A stretch of 64,000 bases of DNA from Phoronis australis (Eukaryota; Animalia; Phoronida): contig NMRA01000044.1 of NCBI GenBank assembly GCA_002633005.1, positions 1,097,207-1,161,206 of the forward strand. The letters run 5' to 3'. The notes beneath the pieces were generated by a model. The model worked only from the letters and a program-made list of their open reading frames with translations, searched no databases and had not been told where the DNA came from. Of this stretch, positions 28,101 to 40,100 are shown one piece after another (position 1 is the stretch's first letter; each line of letters begins with the position of its first letter). The position numbers and the translations under genes were made by a program.

Positions 28101-31100
28101 TGGGCAATCTCTTCAGAGAATAAAACATTGGTCAACCCAAGGTGGCAGACACAAATATGTATTTCTCAATATACAAGACAAAATACGACAAAATGCCACA
28201 ATACAGATAATGAAGCAGGCTGAATTGGGAACTTTAAAAACACAAAATAAGATATTCAGAGTCTTTTAATACTTAAAGTGCCCACATTCCTTCCTCAGGG
28301 AGACCGTCTGCTGCATACAGTTCACTATGACATGGCCGGAGTACGCAATACCGCAGCCATAAATAAAATAAATTAAAGCAGTAAAAATCAAATATCGAAG
28401 AGTTCAAATTTCAACATCTTAGATTGGATTACTTACAGCATTATACATCACAGCTGCAGTTCTTTTGCCAAAGTTAAAGTATGATCATGAGATGGTAAGG
28501 ATAAAAAACTTAAAAATACACAGCATTCAAATGAAAAAATTAGAGAAATTACCGGATGTAGCAAAAAACTGCTAAAACTCTGTCCTTCTTGGTATGAATG
28601 GATTGAAAAATTGTAATTCAAAAGGAATTTTTCATTAAAACTGTAGAGTTGAGGTTTTATACCGTTAACGTGCTTTCCCGCTTCATCAAATGACTGTTGA
28701 GGGGTGAGCAAACTGCGCCGTGACGTGGGTCGACTACCCGTCTGAACACTTCTTAGACTGAGAGAGTGATGGGCCTGAAAGAGACACGAACCATACCTCA
28801 CATGTCCTCAATAGATACAGTTATTTTAATAAATAACGAAGCAGTGCGCAAAGTCAATTCAACTCACTGTAAATCTATTTTAAGGAAAATGGGTGTAATA
28901 TCTCTGTACCTGCAGTCCCTCGAAATATCCTTCTTCACTAAGATCAAGTATATGGAAGGGACAAAGACAGGAAGCAATGAGACGACGCTTGGGAACAGTA
29001 CGTTGTTCTAAAATGGCATGAAAGCCGAGTGTTCCCCTTAATGAGTCATCTTCGAAAAAAGCATGATTTCAAGCTCTATCACGGAAAAATGATAGTAACA
29101 GTATAGGACAATAGCAGAAGTTATATTTTTGTGGGAAAAAGATCATGAAATGAACAGCACAAGTATATCAGGAGTAACTATTAGCGACGCTTCACAATTA
29201 TCAGCATTTTGTGCACCAAATTTGCATCTAAGACATGAAGGAAGTTGAGCCCTGCAGCTTGTGAAGCTTTTTAATGTAACTATGATTCTTCGACAGGAGC
29301 ATAAAGTCCTTTTACACAATTTAAATAAATCTTGGACAGTTCTAAAATAAGGTCAACACTTTTGTACACTTTCGGAAAGAGGTATGGTTGTTAGGAGAGT
29401 GTACAATTGGTACCTGCGTGAAAAATGATTATAACTGTGAACCGACATATATATCTGGTGTCGGATAGTTACGTGTTCAATCAGAATGGTTCATTGTGCT
29501 TTCTGTATACTTCATCATGTGCCATCTGGTGGCGAGCCGTACATACCAAGGAGTGTTGTTGGCTGAGAGGCCCTTCATAGACTATCAAATACAGTAAAAT
29601 ATCTCCAATTTCGGACAAAAAATAATAGTAAAAACTGTCCCCTTTTCATTTTTCAAGTGCTTCTAACATGCTTGTGAATGTCCACCATTTTCAAATCATT
29701 GTTTGGTGGTTAATATATATATGTTATAGAACTTGAACATGGAAAAGCACTAATTTGGTGCAGCACATCTGTTATAATGGAAAAATAAACAAAATTTCCC
29801 TTGTGGCACCATATAGCATCCCAAATTGGTGAAATTTTATTGTAGCTTCTGTTAATCGGAACTCAAAAATCTCCCTCATTCTTTACCATGAACTTTCTGA
29901 TGCATGACCTCACAGGTAATACTAACGCTTAATAAACGCATTCCTATGCAGGACAGGTGAAGATCATAAACCAGACTTGGAAATATTGAGTGCGACCATC
30001 ATGCGTGAGCGCAAAACATCGGAGTGTGGGAAAAACACTTGTATATCAATCAGACACGTGGAAATTCAAAGCACACAAAAGGCCCATTTTTCGTCTTTTT
30101 ACTAACACACATTTCCCAAACAGTACTCTTCCATTTTTACAAATGCATGGAATGAACACATGCACCAAACTTAGGTAACCATCCGACTGCCTGCATGTTG
30201 ATATTACGTGACAACACTCTGTGCAGCATTTTTCTAATTGACACGCAGTTAGTATTAAAAGTTCATTGTGCTCGGGCATTTACTCAGGAAACGAACCTTT
30301 TCATCCATCCAGCAGATTGAGTCTAATCAACTGGTTGTTGCACTACGGTGCAATATCATCAAATTTGGACAAAATTAATTGCCCAAAATTGCACTTTTTC
30401 ATTTTCAGGGGTTTCTAACATTGTTGCGACTGCACACAATTTTTCGAAATATCTTCTGCTGATTGCTATATAGCAAAGCATCAATCTCGTACAACATAAT
30501 TTATGAGAAAATTCCATCCGTCTGCCACATCGGGTCCTAAAATGGTGAGATTTTACCATAACCATCAGTTCTTGAGAAATCCCGATAGTTGTTTGGGATT
30601 CACCCTTTGGCTATCATGGTAATCACAGAATTTTACTTGATGCCATACTTATCAACACAAATTGGCAAAGTTCACATTGTTTTTCACCCTCAGCTAAAAA
30701 ACTAAATCCAGTTGATTACACTCAAAACAACATAATGACTGTTGACACAGCTGCAAATCAGAGTGCAGAATTAATGCGTTGGTCATGGCTGACACACAAC
30801 TGTCCTGTAAGCGACTGCAGTTAGTTTTTGTGCCATCTGCACAGACCAAGGTGAAACCTTCTCGTCAGTGAGACCTTACCCGCAGGGGGTCTGATCTACG
30901 CGCCATCCTTGCTGATTGCTGAACATTGTAAATTGCCTAAAATTGAGGAGGAGTTGAGGATTTGTCTAGGAACTGCGAAACAGTCATGTTTAGTGCTTAC
31001 AAGACTGCAAATAAAGTAATTCCCAGCATTTAAACCTTGAAGTGGTTACAAGCACACTTTAAGTCAAAAAATAACTGAATTTAGGACACTTGCTTCTGTA

Positions 31101-34100
31101 GTTCTGGGGCTTGTTCATCATGAAAGAGACTTAGAAAACAATAATTTGGTTTTTTGCTCTCCCTTTCACAGTTGCTGAAAATGGTTTGAACACTTCATCT
31201 ATTAATTACGAGTGCATCAGAGTCTAGGTTTCTTTTAGAAATTATCTCTGTCAGTAACTAGCAGTTATGTACTATATTCTCAGAGACATAGCACTCTTGC
31301 TCATGGAAATTTAATCTTTTTTTCAAAAATGGCTGCGTGGCGTGTGGTAATACCTTAATTTCTAACTTAATTATTCTTAAGTTCCTTTTCATGCAACAGG
31401 CCTGAGATATATTCCTGACTTGTGCTTTAAATCTGACTCCGTATAAAAATATGTTTCAAAAGAGCAGTTGTCTGCAGTTACATAAAATTCATTTTGTTAA
31501 ATTAATAGCCCTCTGTTGGTGAAGACTATTACTAGAGGGAGATAATCATGTGGAAACCAATAGATGGCAGTGTCATCTGGTGGTAAGTCAAATCCATATC
31601 CATCAGGTCATCCAAACGGTAACGATATTCATCCTATCAATATGTGCTAAAGAATGGAGTTGAGAAGTCTTCGAGATATCAATTCATTAAATTACATGTT
31701 CTATGGAGGTTACATTCAAAATTTCTGACCTCCATGGCTTTGCGTCCAACAGTGGACGCATTCTGGAAAGACTTGGCTTGCGTAGCAGCCTCCTTCAAGC
31801 GCGCCTCATGCTGGGCGGCCAGGGCTCGTCGTTCTTTGATGGAGACAGCGGACAGCTGGAAGCGACATCTGATGGCATAGAAGAACGACTCTTCTTTGGT
31901 ACCAGTAAAGTAGTCCAGCATGGATTGCTGTTGGTGAAACAGAATACATTCTCAGATCCTGATGCAGACTTCTTGTCATCCACATGGCTGGTTTCCAAGA
32001 CACACCATGAGTCGGTTTTTAAATTATTTCATAATTACTTTAAACTAGACAACTGTTGCTTTGGAAAATAATTTGCACATACTAGGACAATTGGTGAGAA
32101 GGCTTTGTGAATGATAATACAATAACAGTAAACTATAATCACAAATAACAACTTCTACAGCTTGGAATTACTCATGCAGCTGTATTTACGGAGCTGCGAT
32201 GGATAACACGTTATTCTTTAGAATTGTTCAATTGGTGGATCATGCGCCACAATGACAGCAATTAGAAAAAAATGGCTAATCGTACTTAACGATTAAGATA
32301 TCCAGCTTCAACATTTCCCATTTTTGAACTTCTCTTTACCTCACGTAAAAGCTACTCCACCTTCTAACTCAGTCTGTCACTTTAGTTGCCACATTCCGCA
32401 ACATATTGTCACAACACTTGACATCTTTTAAAAAAGCTTAAAACCAATTTCCTTTCGATTGTCTTCACATAATATTTCCATAGCAATATGACAGAGATGG
32501 CATTTTGTAATTCATAGATAAACATACCCATTACACACCCTCTCTGTCTCACCTGAACATACCCATTACACATCACTGTCTCACCTAAACATACCCATTA
32601 CACACCACCTCTGTCTCACCTGAACATACCCATTACACACCACCTCTGTCTCACCTGAACATACCCATTACACACCCCCTCTGTTTCACCTGATAAACAT
32701 ACCCATTATACACCACCTCTGTCTCACCTGAACCTTTCTGTTGGCGTTGTACAGCATCATGGACATGAACGCCAACACCTCTCTGACAATGTTATCACTG
32801 GGGCGACCGAGGTGCTCTAGGACACGGATGGCTGCCTTGTGGTCATTGAGTGTGTCCTGCACATCAGCCAACAGTTTCACTTGTCTGGAGATGACATAAA
32901 TGAAATGTTATCAGGCACTGAGAAAAAGCAATTTGCATAGTGCGAACAACGTGCCACAGCAACTCAATAGAAAGACAAAAAAGAAAAACCAATATCAGGC
33001 TCCAATGGAACTATATAAGTGCTGGTGTAGACGATATACGTGAGAGGACACTCAGGTGAGCTTAAGAGATAATAGCCCTTGAGAGCAACATGTCAGTGGA
33101 ACCACATTCCAGGCTCAGCTATTCAGCTATCCATAGGGGGTAGTAATATATATCTTCTCAATAAACCCGCTGTTAAGCTGTGTATAGTTACGCAGTTCAG
33201 GGTTCACAAAGAACTGTTTTGACTGACCTTGCATGTCAATTTCAAAACGACTATTGTGTGTAAAGGAGACCCCTGATTTACAACCATCCACAAAATTCTA
33301 AGCCACAATGCAAACTAGGTACCCCCTCCAAGCCCACAATGTTAACATATGCAGCTTGTAGCCATGGAAAAAAGTACCTGCTGGCTCCACGAAACTTGTC
33401 ATGTAGCAGAAAAGTAAATATTTACTGCACATTTCCTTAGTACTCGTACATTGACGTATGACTTGTACACATTTTAGACAAAAAATTCAAGCAAGTTATG
33501 GGCTCAGGGTACTCAAAAAACTCCATTCGAAAACTGATAAATTTCATGGCAGCCTTCAGATAAACTTTAAAAATTTGTGTTTGAATCATACGATAAGATA
33601 AAATAAATATTGCGTCTGAGTCTAAGAAGAGTATAGTTTGGAGATTTAGATCATGGGAATTCGAATTGCATTGGTCCCATTTTCTATCTTACAATCCGCC
33701 AACTGTTGGGGTAGTATGTAGTCCATATCTAGGTCACAATCAATGACCCCAGCAAGAAAGATCTAACACTGAGTCTGAGCTCAAAATCTCGAGTTTTTAC
33801 AAGAGGTTGTAACATGAATCTAAGGGTCATCGAGTACAAACATGGACTAGACACTCATCTGTATAAACTGTGACACACTAGAGCATGGAATAACAGACAT
33901 TTATCTCGAATTTTATTCGAAGTGAAACAGATAATGTCAAAAATAACATCGAGTTCAATTCGGAGTTTGGAGAAATTAGACTCAAGTTCTGAATTCCACA
34001 TTCACGAGATAATCTTAACCACTAACTTCTTAACGAAGCGGTTGTTCCCCTTGAGCTGCCAGTTTTCGGGTAACTTCCTCTCCTCGTTGTGAATCATAGC

Positions 34101-37100
34101 TCGTAGGATCTGCAAGGACTTGACGTCCAGCTCCTCGCGCTCCTGACGCACCTTCTCTGTGGGGGTGCTGTGAGCAGCCGATATACTGAAAATGATGAGA
34201 TTTCGAAATAATGTAATTCAGCAAATGAATCATAAAGTAAAATTGTCAGTACTTATCTCCCTTGCAGCCGATATACTGAAAATGATGAGATTTCGAAATA
34301 ATGTAATTCAGCAAATGAATCATAAAGTAAAATTGACAGTACTTATCTCCCTTGCAGCCGATATACTGAAAATGATGAGATTTCGAAATAATGTAATTCA
34401 GCAAATGAATCATAAAGTAAAATTGACAGTACTTATCTCCCTTGCAGTTGATATTCTCAACTCACAATCACTACTACTCATAAAGTATTTCTGAAGAAAA
34501 AATTAATGCAATCTCTATTCTAGTCAAAAACCACAGCAAAATCTTTTAAATTAACTTTGAAATGATTTTTCATTTCGTTCTTCAGGCTTTTCGCCACAAC
34601 TTAACTGAAGCTCCACAAATAATGACAAAATTTGTTAACCTTCTTTTAAAACTGAATGCGCAACAATCGCACGTACTAAAATCTTAACTGCAAGTTAATA
34701 ATCAGTAATAAAAATGATAAAGACTATTCAAAACAAAGGTTTGTGAATTACAGAAACCTAAAACCACAACACCGTTTTGTGTACAGACATCTTCTTCCAG
34801 GTCATATTTACTACTGTGTGAGCAAACAAAGCCCTGAAAACAATGTGATTATAAAAATACAACAGAGTAAAGGAACAAACTAATTGCGCAAATAAATAAT
34901 TATTACACAATAAGGCACCCTGTCCCTGGGCGGGAATATCTTGAGCGGGTCGAGGATACCAAAAGCATAACAACGACCTGGTAATTGTTTCCAGCAAAAC
35001 AATATTTACAAAAATTGGACAAATAAAAAAACAGGTTCGCAACTCCTATATCGTCATATGACTTCCAGGCACATTGAACTCAACGTCCTCAGAGGGGGTA
35101 ATGTAACACCTACATGCTGAAACGTTTGTGGATCCAGGAGGCATACCGCGAGTGAGTAGTGACATTTTTTCCCATCATGCAACAGGTCTCATGCGTTAAT
35201 ACAGTGAGTCAGTGTTCGCCCAAGACAACATAACACTAGGGTCCAGTGGATCCAGCTTTCAAAAACACTGGGGTCCATTTCTCAGTTCCTTAAGGACTTG
35301 GAACAGGCCACAAATGATTACGCTAGTGTAGAAAGATGCACAGTGTACAATACAAACCAAAAGTATCCAAACAAAATGACCCCTAATTCTCCGTCGTGAT
35401 GGTTGGATGGAATATCAATTCATCGTCTCGTGACCGAGAATAAAGGGAAATAACAGGGAAGATAGTTAGGTGGCTAAGCTATTTCATAATCAGAATTTTG
35501 ATACCATAATAGTTATTACCAGTAATTAGTAATTTTTGATGTTAAGAGAATTAGTGGTCGTGTCAGGAACGCGGTATTTTGTCGGATTTAGTTTTATCTT
35601 GTACTGTGTGTTGGAAAGAAGGTGAATGCTGCATGCTTCTAATGACGGAAAATATAACAAGATTATCAAGAAATGAAATGGATGTTTTCAATTCCTTAAG
35701 TTTTATTTCTTACAAATTCCCAAAAATGCGTTCGAGGTGATGCAACAATAAACTAAATATGAGCCTTATTTAACTCAATTGTCAATTGCAACGCAGCCTC
35801 GGGTGAACTCTGAGAGATGGTCGATATTCTATGACTGCCCACGCTGGGAGCAGACGATATGTTGGAAACAATGAGGAAATTCAAATAACTGCTCTGCCAG
35901 CTGAAAATTTAATTTTTCATTTTTAAAATATAAGTCTAGTGGCAAATAAAATAAGACAAAATCTTGGCCATGCATCACTCCAATCACCAACAGCTGTTGT
36001 TCACAGATGGCGACTGACAAGTAGGGAGACGTGTTATTTCATTATCAGCACTGACCATGCTGGTAAAAACAAATAGACATTATAGGAACTGATATGATGT
36101 GAATTGTGTCGGCGTGTACCGATTTGACGAAACTTGAAAAATAAAAATGAAATCAAAAAGATGGTAAAACATGCTTCTAAACCAACATAGACGTGACAAA
36201 CTTTAAAAAGGTAGACTTAAGGTTTCATTGTTTACGGATATATTTTGAGGACAGAATTTGGGGGAATATTTAATATCAAAGCTTCAAGGACTTTCACACT
36301 GTATTCTGTTTAGTAACAACAACAACATCAGCCAGTGTTGTAAGAAGGGATGGCAAAGAAACCCTGGTCAGGAAACACAGAAAGCTGCAAAAGAAGTCAT
36401 AAAAAGTCATTCTCATTTTCTTACCCGTAAGACAGCTGTGTCAGCGAAATACTTGAGAAAATGGAACAATTGTTTGTTAAAACCAGGAATGCTGTGGTAA
36501 GATGCTTCCTATCAAATCCATCATTATTTTATAATTTAAGAGTAAATCAACGAAAAACTTTTAAGACATGAACTAAATGAAGTTTTTGTATTTTATTACT
36601 AGGTAGCCGAACACAACATCAAAGATTGGTACGAATACAACATGTATCTCCGATCAAACATATTCAATAAGTGTAAAAACTCAGTGACTGTTTACCTTTT
36701 AATCTGAAATTGTCATTGAACCATAGACACGAAATGAAATGCAACAATGCTTTTTAGTAAATTCAGTGGCATTTCTACTCACACTACAGCATTCCTGCAT
36801 CTTCAACCATCTAGTTCATATTAAGTGGTCATTCATTCCAAAGGAGCTACAAACCTCCACTTGTGACTGTAAGGACTCTTAATGTGATTATAAAACTGAT
36901 GTCAACTTGTTTGTACGATTTTACACTCAAATATGCTCACTGCCTCAGTCATCAAAAAGAGCCAGCACGTTCCCTCACTGAACAAAGTCAGAGATGTCTC
37001 GAACAGAGCCACAGTAGACAACAAACACTAAAACATACTGTGTTGATGATGTCACACCCATTGCTGCTGTTCTTTTGTTAGTAGTGATGGCCCACTACTG

Positions 37101-40100
37101 ACAGTAGATCTACTATAATTAAGCTAACAGATACCAAGGTTGGATATTTTGATTGAAGTGAGTTTATTTTTGATTTTATTAACTTGACATATATCCTACA
37201 ACAGGGACTGACCCTTAAATAACAAAATAAGAGACTCACGCTAGCTGCTGGACCAGTTTGGAGGCCAGCTGGTACCTCTTGGCAACATCTTTCTCTGGCC
37301 TGATGAAGCACTTGACATGGTTCTGAAACTCCTCCCCCAGGGGCAGGGCTTCATCACCGTCTACGTCCACATATTCTATAATAATAATAATAACAATAAC
37401 AACAATAATAATAATAATAACAATAATAATAATAACAACAACAACAACAATAATAATAACAATAATAATAATAATAACACTAATAACAATAACAATAAAA
37501 CTGATAACGAATATCAACGATGAAATAATGCTAACAGGCAATATAACTAACTTTTCAAATAACAATAAATTCTAGATTTCTTTTATCGAGAACATAAGAA
37601 TTGAATACTTTATCTTTTGTTAATTTTTAACTTGTTTTGACTATAACAAATATCTTGTCGGGATTTACCTGCATTGCTTACATGATCATTGGTCGGGGGT
37701 CGAATCTACTCAAAACTTGACTTGAAAATTGAGCAACTGCATGGCACGCTCACGAATTTGTACTCAAATCTCGGAGTGGGATTGGTTGACTTTTGAGTCT
37801 GAGAAGAGTCTTAAAGTTTGCTCAGAGATTAGACACCTGGCCTTGAATCAAGATGATTTATAAAGAACAACTTGCTTTGCCTAGTAATTTTACTTCAAAT
37901 CATTTTGCGTGACTGAGAGTAGATTGTGGCAGGAACCCCCCCCCCCTCCAACGNTACTTTGTTCTGTCCCCCGTAGACGAGGCTGCTGTTAATGGCGAAT
38001 GATTTGAACTTGCTGTTGAGACCCACTTCATCCTTGTAATAGACGGTGTAGGTTTGCACTGCCTCCTGGGCAGGGTCCTTCAGGTTACGGCCCGACCCAT
38101 ACTGCTCGATGAAGTTCTCCATCAACTGAGAGTACATATCAAGAAGGCACATTATGTCGACAGTTTTTCAAATTTTATCAGTTCTGTATCAAATCAAAGT
38201 AACTTCGTGTGTAATTCAAACGCTATTGAACACTACATAATAGTTGCACTTGTTCGTCTCTGCCCGTTCCACGATCGGCTGAGACACAGGATTGGTAAGC
38301 CGGAATTAAGGCATCATCGAGAATCAATCAAATGTCAGAGCCTCTTGACCCGGTGGAGTCAATCACATACAGCCACTGTATACCTAAAGCTGTTTTTAAT
38401 AACAAAAATGACTGAAGAGTCAAAACATTTTTTTAAAAATATCAATATTCAAGCAAATGGATCAGGGTCGTGTCTGGTGTTTAAGATTCATGTCTGACTA
38501 ACTATATGTGTCAGAAGTAACCTCAAATGCTAAGCTTCTACGACCACCTTGGGCCAGTCTTCGGAACCTTTTTTTTTGTTGTAAAACTGGTCTCATTGAC
38601 AGGTTCCTTAAATTGGACGGCTTGCGTTTTCTAGACTGACAGTTCAATAAATGGTTGAGACTGTTTTATACATAAGAAAAGCAAGGCAAGGCAAGCTAAC
38701 TGAGATGCTATTCCTATTTCAATTGAAACAAAAGCAATACATTCAACACAGAACAGTAAAACCTAAAATAACGCTGCTTACTGCTTTGACGGCCGATCCT
38801 CGGTAATGTTGCTTGGTCCTATCAAAGACAACTGTGTCAGACTTGGGTAGTGAAGATGATGATAGAACAGTGGGGACGCAGGCAATGATGTGCTTTAGGT
38901 GAGAAGCATTGGACAGACTTGGCCCCAGGGCCTCACCCAGTAGCTGCAAAGGAATAAGGGACAAGCAGGATGGTGATTCGAAACAATCAGAACACATGAC
39001 AAAGGTCATTTCGCGTAAAGAACCGCTAAATTGAGCGGTGGATATATTGAGCTTATTAAACGAAGTGAAACTTATCAATATCTGATGGAACTTTGTTAAA
39101 AATCACACATTTAAGTTTCTTTTGAAACGGTAAAGTCAATACAGGGGTTGATCTACAAAGAGAAGACACATAACAATTATTTGCATGAGTTTTTCATTTC
39201 TGCCAGCAAAATGACAAAGTTGCAGAAGATCTACAAACTTTTGACAGGTGAGTATATTTACAAGTATAAATTTATTGTACATTGACCTTGTTGGATTGAA
39301 CAATTCCAACTTCATTAGTCAGATCCTGAAAAACCACAGTGCCGCTCTCATTCAGTGGTATTTACCCACAATGCAATACTTAAATATTCCACTATAAATG
39401 TTCACCGCAGTGTCCACTGTACTCATTACTTTTTTACACCAAAATAATTGAGTGACAGCAGGTGACAGCAAACCTAAAAGCAGGTAAAATAACTGCTGCA
39501 TCACATGCTAAATCGACATAAGATTAAAAAATGCTAAAAAGTAGTATAGACAAAAGCAGCTCACTAAACAAAATTTGTTTCAAATGACATATTAAAATAG
39601 AGTATAGTAATACCACAAGAGACAGTGCCAATTTATCCACAAGGCTTGCTTCATCAGGGTATTCAGCAGCATCAGGCCAATAGAACTTGTTGAAAAATGT
39701 CTGAAAAATAACAAAAGCAAGCACAATGAATTACAACCGAGGACCCCACCTGTGAGCGGAGCGAATAATTTTTATGCAGTCGAGACAAAAATGCGGCTGA
39801 AATTTAAGAGCAAGAGAACTGTCTTTTGTCGGAAGTCAATGAATTAGTGCACATCTGGAACTGTGTACTAAATTTGTAACTGAAATTTATGCTACTGAGG
39901 CCTTCCAATTGTACACCCATGGGCCACTTGTCAGAACATTTTTCACATATCCATGTAGACCCACACACCTACTTTTGGAGTCACAATAATAACTCAAGGT
40001 TTGAAGGGTTTCTCAAAATTAATTCATAAGTCCCCGACCCCTTCCTTAACAATTAACTTCCCAACTTTAAATGCTTTAACATCCCTTTTAAGGACTTACA

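Noticed and set aside
32521-32733. CRISPR-like appearance of 35-bp repeats
   Set aside because: Units are head-to-tail with no unique spacers; eukaryotic intron; no cas genes.
34192-34494. ORF with a thrice-repeated 30-aa unit
   Set aside because: Translation of a 90-bp intronic minisatellite on the non-coding strand.
37317-37523. Poly-Asn and poly-Ile/Val ORFs (also 60321-60542)
   Set aside because: Products of (AAT/AAC)n microsatellites.
37951-37960. Loss of a splice donor suggesting pseudogenisation of the duplicate block
   Set aside because: The 44 missing bases coincide with a single n, so this is a contig join or gap rather than evidence of a real deletion.
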